Program-made: the position numbers and the translations under genes
Shown: piece by piece, positions 9,611 to 19,888 of the stretch
Layout: each line of letters opens with the position of its first letter
How positions within the stretch are numbered: position 1 is the first letter of the stretch
Source of the DNA: Myxococcota bacterium
GTDB lineage: Bacteria; Myxococcota_A; UBA9160; UBA4427
Direction of reading: 5' to 3'
DNA length: 64,000 nt
Assembly: GCA_965250285.1 (NCBI GenBank)
Contig: OZ252299.1
Location: 1,760,001-1,824,000 of the forward strand
Notes under the pieces: generated by a model
Databases searched by the model: none
What the model saw: only the letters and a program-made list of their open reading frames with translations
What the model was told of the DNA's origin: nothing

Positions 9611-10786
9611 ATGCAGCTCGTGCGCGCCCGCGCCTACGCCGTCAAGACCCCGCCGCCGAATCTCGGTGGCGTGTTCTGGTTCTTCGTGCGTCTCGAGACC
9701 GACACCGGACTCGTCGGTTGGGGCGAGTGCGCCGTGCTCTTCAGCATGTACGGGCTCGACCGCTCGTTCGCGCAGCTCGTCGAAGACAACTTCGGTCGCT
9801 ACCTCGAGGGGCAGAACCCGCTGAACCGCGATGCGCTCACGAAGCGCATGTACGAGGGGCTCACGAGTCAGAACGCGGGCTACTTCACGTCGGGCGTGAT
9901 CAGCGCATTCGACCTCGCGATGTGGGACATCTGCGGCAAGCACTTCGACGCGCCCATCTGCGACCTGCTCGGCGGTCGCTACCGGGATCGCGCTCGCACG
10001 TACACCTATATCTACTCCGAGCTCGGCGATGGCAGCATGGCCAGCTCGGTCGGCGACTGGACGAACAACCCCGGCGCCGTCGCCGAGGCGGCCCGTCAGC
10101 TGGCCGATCAGGGCTTCACGGGCCTCAAGCTCGATCCGATGCCCTACGCCGGCCCTCGCTCGCCCCGCGAGTTCACGCTCGTCGAATACGACAACGCTGA
10201 ACGGACGATCGAGGCCATTCGAGAGGCCGTCGGCTCGCGCGCCGACATCCTGATCGGCACCCACGGTCAGATGACGCCCTCGGTGTCACGCCGGCTGGCT
10301 CGACGGCTCGAGCCCTACGACCCGCTGTGGCTCGAAGAGCCCTGCCCGCCCGAGAACCCCGAAGAGATGGCCCGCATCGCGGCGAGCACGACGATTCCGA
10401 TTGCGACGGGCGAACGGCTGGCCTTCGTCCATGAATTCGAGCGGCTGTTCGCGGCCGGCGCGTGCCACTATGCCCAGCCCGACCTCGGCAGCTGTGGCGG
10501 CATCTCGGCCGGGCGCCAGATCGCGACTCTCGCCGAGGCGCACTACGTCCTCATGGCCCCGCACGTGTGGGGCGGGCCGATCATCACGGCGGCCGCGCTG
10601 CAGCTCGACGCCGCGATTCCGAACTTTCTGATCCAGGAGAGCATCCACACGTCGAATCTCTTCTTCGACGAGCTGCTGATCGAGCCCTTCGTCTGGGAAG
10701 ACGGAGACCTGCTGCTCCCCGAACGCCCGGGGCTCGGCTTCGAGCTCGCCGAAGCCAAGCTCGACGAGTACGCCGTGCGGCGTTGA
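9611..10786 (+). CDS. Mandelate racemase/muconate lactonizing enzyme family protein
   Basis: VRLETDTGLVGWGE, DLAMWDICGK, LLGG, WLEEP, IATGE, QPD, APH, PGLG. Confidence 0.9.
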   Translation: MQLVRARAYAVKTPPPNLGGVFWFFVRLETDTGLVGWGECAVLFSMYGLDRSFAQLVEDNFGRYLEGQNPLNRDALTKRMYEGLTSQNAGYFTSGVISAFDLAMWDICGKHFDAPICDLLGGRYRDRARTYTYIYSELGDGSMASSVGDWTNNPGAVAEAARQLADQGFTGLKLDPMPYAGPRSPREFTLVEYDNAERTIEAIREAVGSRADILIGTHGQMTPSVSRRLARRLEPYDPLWLEEPCPPENPEEMARIAASTTIPIATGERLAFVHEFERLFAAGACHYAQPDLGSCGGISAGRQIATLAEAHYVLMAPHVWGGPIITAAALQLDAAIPNFLIQESIHTSNLFFDELLIEPFVWEDGDLLLPERPGLGFELAEAKLDEYAVRR

Positions 10787-10920
10787 GGCGACGACCGGCG
10801 GGCCATCAGAGCTGCCGACCGATTGCGTATGGGTGAGGCGGCGCTCGTGACGCCGGCGTCGATTCGAGGTCAAGCCCCTGTTCGAAGGGGTCGATCCACT
10901 GGGGAGGAGCCTCTCCCCAC

Positions 10921-11613
10921 ATGCCGCCCCTCCACGTTCGATGCCTCCGCACAGCCGCGACCGCGACCCGTCTGGCCGTCGCCGGCCTGGTGCTCGCGCT
11001 GCCCGGCGTGGCGCTCGCCGCCATGATCACGTGGAACCCAGCCCAGGACATCGCGAACGCACTCGACGTCGACACCTCCGGCACCCTCGTCGAAGCGATC
11101 AACGCCAGCGGCTCGGGCGCCTCGGCCACCGTGAACGGCGTCGCCTTCGCCGCTTCGGACGCGCTCCTCGATCGCAGCTACGGCGGCGATACGCTCGCCG
11201 GCCAGACGAGCGGCGATGCGTCACTCGATGGACTCATCGGCCGCTTCGACTACGGCAACGGCACGAGCACCGCGGTGTCGCTCGGCAGCGGGCTCCTGGT
11301 CCCCGGTGAGCGCTACCTGATCCAGCTCTTCTTCACCGACCTGCGCGGCTGCTGCTCGGGGCGCGACATGTCCTTCGGTGACGGGCTCGGCAATGAGGTC
11401 GACCTGAATGCCACGGGCGCGGGACTGGGGCAGTTCGCGGTCGGATGGTTCGACGCCGACGCCACGAGCCAGAGTCTCACGATGCGCACCAACGGCTTCG
11501 GCAACGCCCACATCACGGGCTATCAGATTCGGGCGATCCCCGAACCCGGCGCGGGCCTGCTCGTCCTGTTCGGGCTCACGATTCTCGGCGTGCGCGGTCG
11601 GCGCGCGGCGTAA
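10921..11613 (+). CDS. PEP-CTERM sorting-domain surface protein
   Basis: Signal peptide; C-terminus IPEP + hydrophobic helix + basic tail (VRGRRAA); GGAGG upstream. Confidence 0.85.
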   Translation: MPPLHVRCLRTAATATRLAVAGLVLALPGVALAAMITWNPAQDIANALDVDTSGTLVEAINASGSGASATVNGVAFAASDALLDRSYGGDTLAGQTSGDASLDGLIGRFDYGNGTSTAVSLGSGLLVPGERYLIQLFFTDLRGCCSGRDMSFGDGLGNEVDLNATGAGLGQFAVGWFDADATSQSLTMRTNGFGNAHITGYQIRAIPEPGAGLLVLFGLTILGVRGRRAA

Positions 11614-11619
11614 CGCCGA

Positions 11620-12408
11620 TCAACCGGGCCATTCCGCGACGAACAAATACCGATTCAGGCTGAAGAAGTAGCGGCCCTCGCGGCCGAGCGTCTCGAGCTC
11701 TTCGAGCCAGCCCGCGGCGTCGGCTTCGGTGCAGGCGCGTCTTCCGGCGCAGAAGCCGGCCATCAGCTTCGTCAGGTGGAAGCTGAACGCGCTCGGCACG
11801 TACTCGGCGTTGAACATCGGGATCGCCACCCGATGCCGATGCCGAAACCCGGCGCTCGCCAGCGCCCCGCCGAGTGTCCGCGGCAGACCGCGATGAACGA
11901 AGTGCTCGTCCCACGCGTCGATGAGGCGACCCTGTCTGGGCTCGTCCTCGGTGTGGATCACCAGCGACGCATAGTCGGTGTCGAGAATGGCCACGAGCCC
12001 GCCCGGGCGGAGCACGCGCGACACTTCGGCGAGTGCGCCGGGGATGTCGGGGACGTACTCGTAGACCTGGGTCGTCACGACGACGTCGAAGGTGTCCTCA
12101 TCGAATGGGAGTGCCGCGGCGTCCCCCTGCTCGAACGCGACGTGGGGCCGATCGGCGCAGCGCAGACGCGCCATCTCGAGCATGGGCTCGGAGAGATCGA
12201 GGCCGACAACGCGACCGCTCGGCCCGACGGCGTCGGCGATCTCGCGTGCCAGGAGCCCGGGGCCCGAGCCGATGTCGAGGGCCGCGTCCCCCGGCCGCAG
12301 CGAGAGCAGCCGCAGGACGATGCTCCGCTGCTCGATGACGTCCGTCGTGAGGTACGCGGCCTCGAGGGCGCGTGCGGCGGCGGCGTTGAAATCGATGGAC
12401 GTCGACAA
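11620..12408 (-). CDS. Class I SAM-dependent methyltransferase (UbiE-like)
   Basis: ALDIGSGPG, VGLDLS, GDAAALPF, FDVV, RVLRPGG. Confidence 0.88.
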   Translation of the reverse strand: MSTSIDFNAAAARALEAAYLTTDVIEQRSIVLRLLSLRPGDAALDIGSGPGLLAREIADAVGPSGRVVGLDLSEPMLEMARLRCADRPHVAFEQGDAAALPFDEDTFDVVVTTQVYEYVPDIPGALAEVSRVLRPGGLVAILDTDYASLVIHTEDEPRQGRLIDAWDEHFVHRGLPRTLGGALASAGFRHRHRVAIPMFNAEYVPSAFSFHLTKLMAGFCAGRRACTEADAAGWLEELETLGREGRYFFSLNRYLFVAEWPG

Positions 12409-12450
12409 GCGGGCTCCCTCCAGGTCGGCGCCGCAGCATAGCGAGTGCGC

Positions 12451-14073
12451 CTAGACGACCCGAGTCCGCCACGAGTCGACGGCGTGCGTCACCAGAATGC
12501 CCATCCCCGTCATCAATGCGACGAAGCGAAGGAGTCCGCCGATCAGCGGGAGGTTGACGGCGAGCACGAGCAGGAGCAGCCCGAGGAGAAGCGCGATGCC
12601 GAACCGCGAGTTCGAGCCGGGCGGCGGACGCAGCAACCCCTGCCCGATCAGCGACGCCACGATGACCATCGAGACGAAGAGCGCGGTCAGATACGTGAAG
12701 ATCATGATGATGCCGATCGGGATCCCGACGACCGTGGCGAAGCACACCACGATCGCGACGGGGACACAGACGATCGCCACGAACCCGAACCCCAGCTCGC
12801 GAAAGAAGTCGGCGGTCGTCGGCACACCGAGCTCGAAGAGGCTCGGCCGAACCAGGTGCAGCAGCATGCCGACGATGAACGCGGAGACCAACACGACGAG
12901 ATTGGCAACGTAGAAGTGGCGGCTCGCCCAGCGGCTTCGCTGCTCCTTGCGGTTCCAGTCGAGCTCGCCCTCGATCCGTTCACCCCCGATCCGGGCCCCG
13001 TCGGCGACCTCGACTTCGTTGCCCGGCTCGAGCTGAGCGTCGAAGTCACCGCCGATCCGAGCTTCGTCCAGCAGCGCGGCCTCCTGCCCCCGGACAAGGA
13101 GATTGCGTCCGACATGCCCGCGCACTTCGATGCGCTCACCTCCGAAGGCGACGTCGCGGTCGATCTTGCCATCGACCTGGAACAGGTCGGCGACCATGGC
13201 CGCATCACGGCCTACGCGACTCGAGTCACTGACCGTCACGTCTTCGCAGAAGCCGTACAGCTGTCCGTCAACCGGGCCCTCGATTCGGACGACCTCGCCC
13301 CCGACGTACAGCGATCCTGCGATGCGACCCAGCAGATCGACGTCGTTCGCCACGACGAACACGCTGCCGTTCACGGTTCCGGTGATCCGCAACCGCTTGG
13401 TGAACGCAAACAGATCGCCGTCGAGGGTGCCCTCGATTCGCACCTCGTCTGCACTCACGACCAGCGTCTGCGCCCAGGTCTCGTCCGCCGGCACCACCAC
13501 GCGCTCGACGTCATGGCGTAGGTCGAAGGCCTCGGCGTCGGGTGCGGCCAACGCGAGGCCCGTGAGTGCCAGGATCACGGCCCCGGTGCGCGCGATTCGC
13601 TTGTCGAGCGTGCTCACGAGGAACGTCCCGATCGCCGCGACGGCGAACAGCGCTCCCTGTGTGAGCGCGGTCTCCATCAGCCCGGGCACTTCGTCGCGCA
13701 GCATGAAGACGGTCTCGAGGGTCATCTCGTAGGCTCCCATGAGTCGAATCGGACTGAGCAGGCTGGTCCCGGCGGGCAGGTTGCGCTCGAGCACCCAGCC
13801 GAGTGTGGTCACGACGAGCGCTGCCACGCCGAGCGCCGGGCCGACGCCGAAGACGAGCCCGCGCGCGCGCTCTTGCGGGGCGTGGACGCGCCCGCGGCCG
13901 AGGTCGCGGTCGTGCAACACGTCGCCGAGGAGGCCGATCTCGTCGCGCAGCGCGAGCACGCTGCCGCGACAGTGCTGGCAGCCGACGAGGTGCGACTCGA
14001 CCTCACGCAAGGCGTCGATGGAGAGCTCGCCATCGGCATAGAACGAGAGGGTCTCTTCGCTGGGGCAGCTCAT
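12451..14073 (-). CDS. Zinc-finger (zf-HC2) anti-sigma factor with bactofilin-like beta-helix repeats and C-terminal TM bundle
   Basis: MSC..LSFYADGEL..HLVGCQHC; repeats such as VRIEGTLDGDL, LRITGTVNGSV and VRIEGPVDGQL; several C-terminal TM helices; overlaps the sigma stop codon. Confidence 0.8.
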   Translation of the reverse strand: MSCPSEETLSFYADGELSIDALREVESHLVGCQHCRGSVLALRDEIGLLGDVLHDRDLGRGRVHAPQERARGLVFGVGPALGVAALVVTTLGWVLERNLPAGTSLLSPIRLMGAYEMTLETVFMLRDEVPGLMETALTQGALFAVAAIGTFLVSTLDKRIARTGAVILALTGLALAAPDAEAFDLRHDVERVVVPADETWAQTLVVSADEVRIEGTLDGDLFAFTKRLRITGTVNGSVFVVANDVDLLGRIAGSLYVGGEVVRIEGPVDGQLYGFCEDVTVSDSSRVGRDAAMVADLFQVDGKIDRDVAFGGERIEVRGHVGRNLLVRGQEAALLDEARIGGDFDAQLEPGNEVEVADGARIGGERIEGELDWNRKEQRSRWASRHFYVANLVVLVSAFIVGMLLHLVRPSLFELGVPTTADFFRELGFGFVAIVCVPVAIVVCFATVVGIPIGIIMIFTYLTALFVSMVIVASLIGQGLLRPPPGSNSRFGIALLLGLLLLVLAVNLPLIGGLLRFVALMTGMGILVTHAVDSWRTRVV

Positions 14074-14648
14074 TTCTCCCCTCCAGCCGGCGTCTCGGTC
14101 TCGGTCGTCATCAAGACCCGCATCTTCTTCTTGGCCCGGAAGATCAGCGTGCCGACCCGCGCGCGGTTCGTGCCCAGGCTGTCAGCGATCTCGTCGTAGC
14201 TGGCGTCACCGAAGTACCGCATCAACAGCGGCAGGCGGTACTCGACGGGGAGGCTCGCCAGCGCACGGTCGAGGGCGTCTCGGTTCTCCCGTGCCACGAC
14301 CCGTGAGAGAGGCGACGGCGTTGAGCCTTCGAGCTCTCCGGGCTCGATCTCGATCTGCGCGAAGAGTCGGCGTTCGACGGCGTCGCGGCGCAGGCGGTCG
14401 ATGCAGTGGTTGCCCGCCACCGAGAGCAGCCACGTCCGGAACGAGCGCGCAGGGTCGTAGCTCGAGAGCGATCCCCGCACCTTCAAGAAGACGTCGCTGC
14501 GCGCGTCGGCCGCGACTTCGGGTGCGCCGAGCATGCGCAGACAGACGCGCAGCACGTCGTCCCCGAATGCGTCGAAGAGCAACGCGAACGCGTCGGGGTC
14601 GCCGGCCCGCGCGCGCTGGATCGTCTCGGCCGTCGGTTCGCTCGCCAA
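14070..14648 (-). CDS. ECF-type sigma-70 factor
   Basis: ARAGDPDAFALL, FRTWLLSVAGNHCIDRLRR, LASLPVEYR..SYDEIA..IFRAKK; start uncertain (TTG 14648 chosen, ORF open to 14774). Confidence 0.88.
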   Translation of the reverse strand: MASEPTAETIQRARAGDPDAFALLFDAFGDDVLRVCLRMLGAPEVAADARSDVFLKVRGSLSSYDPARSFRTWLLSVAGNHCIDRLRRDAVERRLFAQIEIEPGELEGSTPSPLSRVVARENRDALDRALASLPVEYRLPLLMRYFGDASYDEIADSLGTNRARVGTLIFRAKKKMRVLMTTETETPAGGEK

Positions 14649-14933
14649 GCTGCGCTGATCCCCCGATGTGCTGCTGCGCCGAATCCTATCGAGTCGCGCC
14701 CGAGCACGCGCTGCGAGCCCTCGCGAGGGCCACTCGATGCCGACGAGCGTCCATTCGGGGGTGCGAAGCCACATGGGTCCCGATCCTCCCTGGTCGCCGA
14801 GGGTCGAGGCCTGCCCTCGCCCACAATCCCTCTACGAGCCGGCGCGTGTGAAATTTCGCCGCGGGATCGAGATTTCTTCGTCGAGGCCCTTGGGCCCCCG
14901 CAGCGCGCATCGGATCACGTTCGGCTGGCGTCC

Positions 14934-14974
14934 GATTATGCAGTTGACTAACTTGATTGTCCGACCGCATAATC
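14934..14974 (+). promoter_or_regulatory. Sigma-70-like promoter within an inverted repeat (putative TetR operator)
   Basis: TTGACT (14944-14949), 18-nt spacer, CATAAT (14968-14973); flanked by GATTATGC...GCATAATC. Confidence 0.6.
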
Positions 14975-14992
14975 CCGTCCGGAGGTCCCGCC

Positions 14993-15637
14993 ATGCCGTC
15001 CGCTCCCGTGGCCGCAGCCGCCATCCCCGAAACCCGCCAGCGCATCGTCGAGGCGGCCCTCGAGGTGTTTACCGAGCGCGGATTCGACGGTGCGTCCACC
15101 CGTCAGATCGCCGCCCAGGCCGGCGTGAATCACGGCTTGATCCCGTACTACTTCGGCAACAAGAAGAAGCTCTGGCAGGCCGCCGTCGACGATGCCTTCG
15201 GAGACATGCAGGCTGAGATCGACACCATGCTCGGTGACCCCGCACTGTTGACGCCGCGAGAGCGCGCGGCGCGCATGATCCGGGGCCACGTCTACTTCGT
15301 CGCGCGCCGGCCCGCCTTCGTTCGGCTGATGTACGAGGAAGGCAAGCGGCGCGGCGAGCGCATGCGCTGGATGGTCGACCGGCACGTCCAGCCCCTCTAC
15401 GACGCGGTGCTCGAGGTCGTGCGCGAGCTGGGCGGAACCCTCGACGACGAGCTCGCCGCTTCGCCGGTTCACTTCTTCTACGTGATGGCCGGCGCGGCCG
15501 GGCTCGTCTTTCACCAAGCCGAAGAATGTCGCCGCGTGAGCGGCGAAGACCCCTTCGACGCCGACTTCGTCGACCAGCACGCGCGTGTGGTGGTCCGCCT
15601 CCTGCTGGGGCCCGATCCCGGGGCGTCGGGAAGATGA
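14993..15637 (+). CDS. TetR/AcrR family regulator
   Basis: TRQRIVEAALEVFTERGFDGASTRQIAAQAGVNHGLIPYYFGNK; GGAGG RBS. Confidence 0.92.
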   Translation: MPSAPVAAAAIPETRQRIVEAALEVFTERGFDGASTRQIAAQAGVNHGLIPYYFGNKKKLWQAAVDDAFGDMQAEIDTMLGDPALLTPRERAARMIRGHVYFVARRPAFVRLMYEEGKRRGERMRWMVDRHVQPLYDAVLEVVRELGGTLDDELAASPVHFFYVMAGAAGLVFHQAEECRRVSGEDPFDADFVDQHARVVVRLLLGPDPGASGR

Positions 15638-15654
15638 GCCGAGAAGGAGCCGCC

Positions 15655-17196
15655 ATGGGCGACTCGTACGACATCGCCATCGTGGGCTACGGCCCCGTCG
15701 GCGCCATGACCGCACTTCAGATGGCCCATGCCGGGCTCCGGGTCTTGATCCTCGAGCGCGACACCGAGGTGCTCGACATCCCGCGCGCCGTCGGCCTCGA
15801 CGGCGAGAGCATGCGCGCCTTTCAACGCCTCGGGCTCGCCGAGCAGGTCGAAGCGGTGGTGCAGCCGCGGCGCGAGGACGAAGAGCTCACCTTCACCGAT
15901 TCGAAGCGCAACCGGCTCTTCGGCATGCAGTTCCCACCCGTTGGCCCACTCGGCTGGCGCGACATCGCGTTCTTCGATCAACCCCAGCTCGAGGCGCTCC
16001 TTCGCCAGATCATCGCCGAGCGCGGTGACGTCACGGTCGAAGACGGCCTCGAGGTCACGCGAATCGAGCAGCACGCGCGCGGCGTGACCCTCACCGCCGA
16101 CACGAGAGGCCAGGCGCGCGCGTTCGAGGCCAGCTGGGTGATCGGCTGTGACGGCGCCGGCAGCTTCGTGCGCCGGAGCATCGGCTCGAAGTGGGAGAGC
16201 CTGGGCTACGACCAGGATTGGCTCGTCATCGACGTCACGATCGGCCCCGAGGCCGAGCTGCCGATCTCGGTGATGCAGGTCTGCGATCCCGAGCGGCTGA
16301 CCACCTATATCCCGGGCCGCGATCCCTATCGACGCTGGGAGTTCCAGATCATCGACGGCGACGTGCGTGCCGAGATGACGACGCCGGATCGAATCGCGGC
16401 CCTGCTCGAACCGTGGATCGCGCCCGAGCACTACGTCGTGCGCCGCGCCGCCGTATATCAGTTTCATGCGGCGCTCGCGTCGGAGTGGCGACAGGGGCGC
16501 GTGCTGCTGGCGGGCGACGCCGCCCACCAGACGCCGCCCTTCCTGGGCCAGGGCCTCAACTCAGGCTTCCGCGACGCAGTGTGTCTCGGTTGGAAGCTGC
16601 CCCTCGTCGCGTCGGGTGCCTGCGACGAAGCGCTGCTCGACACCTATCAGGCCGAACGGGCCGCACATGCGCTCGATCTCGTCGACCGGGCGGTCGGGAT
16701 CGGTCAGCTGATGGAGACGTTGGCGGCCCGAGAGGCCGGCCAGCCCGATCCATACGAAGGCGCCGAGACCCGCGCGGCCCCGCCGGCCAACGGTGAGATC
16801 ATCCCGCGTGTGCGTGGCGGCACCGTCATGGCCGGCCAAAGGGACGACGCATCGGGGGTCGGCCGTCTGCTCTACCAGCCCTGGGTCGAGCGGACGGAGG
16901 GCGACCGGGTGCGCTTCGACGACTGTCTCGACGAGAGCTTCGCGGTCGTGGCGCGATCGAGCACCGACGTCTCGCTGAGTGAACGCAGTCGCACGATCGC
17001 CGAGCTCATCGGCTTGCAGATCGTGGTGCTCGACGAGCTCGAACTCGTCGACGGCAAGCGCGATCCCCTCTTCGCGGTCCACCCCGCCGCGATCGTCCGG
17101 CCCGATCGAATCGTCTTCGGCGTCGTCGACGACGAGACGACGCTCGACGATCTGATCGATGCCCTCGATCGGGCACTGCCCGCGCGCGCCGACTGA
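15655..17196 (+). CDS. FAD-dependent monooxygenase (MhpA/phenylpropionate hydroxylase-like)
   Basis: [39 protein letters not shown]-terminal VRPD. Confidence 0.88.
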   Translation: MGDSYDIAIVGYGPVGAMTALQMAHAGLRVLILERDTEVLDIPRAVGLDGESMRAFQRLGLAEQVEAVVQPRREDEELTFTDSKRNRLFGMQFPPVGPLGWRDIAFFDQPQLEALLRQIIAERGDVTVEDGLEVTRIEQHARGVTLTADTRGQARAFEASWVIGCDGAGSFVRRSIGSKWESLGYDQDWLVIDVTIGPEAELPISVMQVCDPERLTTYIPGRDPYRRWEFQIIDGDVRAEMTTPDRIAALLEPWIAPEHYVVRRAAVYQFHAALASEWRQGRVLLAGDAAHQTPPFLGQGLNSGFRDAVCLGWKLPLVASGACDEALLDTYQAERAAHALDLVDRAVGIGQLMETLAAREAGQPDPYEGAETRAAPPANGEIIPRVRGGTVMAGQRDDASGVGRLLYQPWVERTEGDRVRFDDCLDESFAVVARSSTDVSLSERSRTIAELIGLQIVVLDELELVDGKRDPLFAVHPAAIVRPDRIVFGVVDDETTLDDLIDALDRALPARAD

Positions 17197-17461
17197 CTCC
17201 GGGGAGCGCTCCGGCGGCCGCGCGTCACCGGGGCGGCATCTACTCGACCGGCGCTGTAGGGATCGTATCGCTGGCGTCCGCAACGGCGCTGCGTGGGTTC
17301 GGCCTCAGCGAGCTGCAGGGGTGCGCCCTCATCCATTCAAGTTGCACCGCGGTGTACCCTCGCCGCTCGATGGCCGCGTCGACAGCCTCGCCGATCGGCG
17401 CGGGCTCATCGATGACCGCGCCTCGCCTGCAGGCGCGGGCTCAACCTCGAAGGGGGCTGAC

Positions 17462-18151
17462 ATGATCAAGCCGCTGTGCGCCGAGTTCATGGGGACGTTC
17501 TGGCTCGTGCTCGGGGGGTGCGGTGCCGCCGTGCTCGCCGCTGGCTTTCCGGGTTTCGGGATCGGCTTCATGGGTGTGGCCTTCGCGTTCGGGCTCACGC
17601 TCTTGACGATGGCCTTCGCCATCGGTCACCTCTCGGGCTGCCACCTGAACCCGGCCGTCACGATCGGCCTGTACGCGGGAGGCCGATTCGAGGCCGGCCG
17701 CGTCGCGCCCTACATCGGCGTGCAGGTGCTCGCCGCGATCGTCGCCGCCGCCGTGCTCTACGTCATCGCGAGCGGCGCGCCGGGGTTCGAACTCGGCGGG
17801 TTCGCATCGAACGGGTACGGCGAGCACTCGCCGGGCGGCTATTCGCTTACGTCAGCGCTGGTGACCGAGGTCGTGATGACGTTCATGTTCCTGATGATCA
17901 TCCTCGGTTCGACCGACGAGCGCGCGCCGGCGGGGCTGGCCCCCATTGCGATCGGCCTCGGCCTCACCCTGATTCATCTGATCAGCATTCCCGTCACGAA
18001 TACCTCGGTGAACCCGGCCCGCAGCACCGGCCCGGCGCTCTTCGTGGGTGGCTGGGCACTCGCGCAGCTGTGGCTATTCTGGGTGGCGCCGATCGTCGGC
18101 GGTGCCGTGGCCGGCTTCGCGTACAAGTCCCTCTTCGCCGACGACACCTGA
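17462..18151 (+). CDS. aqpZ: Aquaporin Z
   Basis: [15 protein letters not shown], two NPA motifs, [23 protein letters not shown]. Confidence 0.95.
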   Translation: MIKPLCAEFMGTFWLVLGGCGAAVLAAGFPGFGIGFMGVAFAFGLTLLTMAFAIGHLSGCHLNPAVTIGLYAGGRFEAGRVAPYIGVQVLAAIVAAAVLYVIASGAPGFELGGFASNGYGEHSPGGYSLTSALVTEVVMTFMFLMIILGSTDERAPAGLAPIAIGLGLTLIHLISIPVTNTSVNPARSTGPALFVGGWALAQLWLFWVAPIVGGAVAGFAYKSLFADDT

Positions 18152-18190
18152 CTCCGCGGCCCGCGTGCCCGGGCACTCGGGGATCTTCAG

Positions 18191-19222
18191 ATGCATGCAT
18201 CGCGGCTTGCGCCGCTCGACTGCGCGGCGCTCGCCGAGGCCGCCCAGCACGAGATCGACGACGGCCTCGTCGCCTGCCAGCTCGCGGTCGCGCGCGAAGG
18301 CGAAATCGTCTGGCACGGCAGCTACGGCAGCGCGACGCCGACGACGCGCTTCTGGGTCGCGTCGGCGACGAAGCCCATCGTGGCGTCGGCGCTGTGGATC
18401 CTGATCGACGAAGGCCTGATCGAGCTCGACGAACCCGTCGCGCGCTCGATCCCCGAGTTCGCCGAGAACGGCAAGCGCGACGTCACCGTCGAGCAGGTGC
18501 TGCTCATGACGGCGGGCTTTCCCGAGGCGCCGATGCCCTCGGCCGAGGGGGCCGACCCCGTCCGTCGGGCTGCGCGGATGGCGGCTTGGCGCCTCGAGAC
18601 CGAGCCGGGCGAGGCGTACGCCTATCACGCGATCTCGGCCCACTGGGTGATCGCCGAGCTGATCGAGCGGGCGAGCGGCATCGACTTTCGCGACTTCATC
18701 GAGACCCGCGTGACGGGGCCCCTCGGCCTCGGGCGTGTACTCGGCGTGCCGCGCGACGATCAGGGCGATGTGGCGCAAACCTCCCGATCGGCGCCGCCCG
18801 ATGTCCGCGACGCCTTCAGCTACGCCGAGAAGATCGAGGTCGGCGAGCCGGGAGGCGGCGCGATCATGACCGCATCGCAGCTCGCGCTGTTCTATCAGGC
18901 GCTGCTGCACGACCCCGCCGGCCTCTGGGACCCGGCGTTTCTCGAAGACGCCACGCGACGCGTGCGCTGCACCCTCCCCGACCCGCTCATGAAGATGCCC
19001 GCGAACCGCACGCTCGGCGTGGTCGTCGGGGCCGGCTTCGGCACGACGTGGGGCGATAGTGAAACGGCCTTCGGCTGGCCGGGCGTCGGTGGTCAGATCG
19101 CCTTCGCCGAGCCCGAGACGGGCGTTTCGTTCTCGTTTCTGCAGATGGGTGAGACGGATGCGATTCGCACGTTCACGCGCGGCTTGAAGTTCTCTCGCCT
19201 CGCGCTCGCCCTGGGGCGCTGA
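18191..19222 (+). CDS. Serine hydrolase, beta-lactamase/esterase family
   Basis: SxxK (SATK), IPEFAENGK..TVEQVL, EPG..YAYH. Confidence 0.85.
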   Translation: MHASRLAPLDCAALAEAAQHEIDDGLVACQLAVAREGEIVWHGSYGSATPTTRFWVASATKPIVASALWILIDEGLIELDEPVARSIPEFAENGKRDVTVEQVLLMTAGFPEAPMPSAEGADPVRRAARMAAWRLETEPGEAYAYHAISAHWVIAELIERASGIDFRDFIETRVTGPLGLGRVLGVPRDDQGDVAQTSRSAPPDVRDAFSYAEKIEVGEPGGGAIMTASQLALFYQALLHDPAGLWDPAFLEDATRRVRCTLPDPLMKMPANRTLGVVVGAGFGTTWGDSETAFGWPGVGGQIAFAEPETGVSFSFLQMGETDAIRTFTRGLKFSRLALALGR

Positions 19223-19354
19223 GGCCTGAGCGTCCTCGCCGGGGATGCGCCGTGTCACCCCCGAAAGCGCTCCGGAACCCGCGCTGGGGCGAAACCCTGA
19301 TCCAGCGCGTCTTTGATTCCCAGAATGACAGACCTTTGCCGCTTCAGGGGATTT

Positions 19355-19370
19355 TGTGACATCTCTCACA
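19355..19370. promoter_or_regulatory. CRP-family binding-site consensus
   Basis: TGTGA-CATCTC-TCACA, an exact TGTGA-N6-TCACA in an AT-richer intergenic patch. Confidence 0.6.
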
Positions 19371-19479
19371 GTCGGGCGACGGCAGCCACGGCAACCTGCC
19401 TGCCATGGGGCACGGGCCCCGCGCGGCTGATCGGGGCCCGAGTCAGGCACAGCACCGTGCCGGGTGAGAGGAGACATCG

Positions 19480-19716
19480 ATGCGCTCGACGACCGTCGTA
19501 CGGAATGCATCGGTCCCTGTGGTGACCGATCGAGCGGCGACCCGAGGTTGGGAGTTCGAACATGCGCCGGCCGCGATGCCGGTGCGCGATCGAACGAAGC
19601 AGCGCGATGACCTGCGAAGCGCGCGCGGGATCTTCGTCGCGGTGGCGGCAGGCACCGGGATCTGGATCGCGCTCGGTTGGGGTGCGCTGGCGCTGGCCGA
19701 CCGAATCTTCGGCTGA
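19480..19716 (+). CDS. Small hypothetical protein with C-terminal TM helix
   Basis: GAGGAG RBS; hydrophobic C-terminus ARGIFVAVAAGTGIWIALGWGALAL. Confidence 0.6.
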   Translation: MRSTTVVRNASVPVVTDRAATRGWEFEHAPAAMPVRDRTKQRDDLRSARGIFVAVAAGTGIWIALGWGALALADRIFG

Positions 19717-19888
19717 TCGACCCACCCCCACCCACCCCGAAGCGCACGAAGCCCCTCGCGTTGAGCGCGGCTGCGCTCTCCTACGCATTTCGATCCGAAC
19801 TCGAATCGAACTCGAACGTGCTCTTGCTGCCCGAATCACGTTGGGCCAGGCCGCTTGGCTGCGTTGAGAGTCGTGGGCGCGACGACGA

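Noticed and set aside
18191..19222. Antibiotic-resistance beta-lactamase (likewise the MBL-fold gene at 55988)
   Set aside because: No signal peptides; motifs fit cytoplasmic esterase/hydrolase relatives rather than class C or class B beta-lactamases
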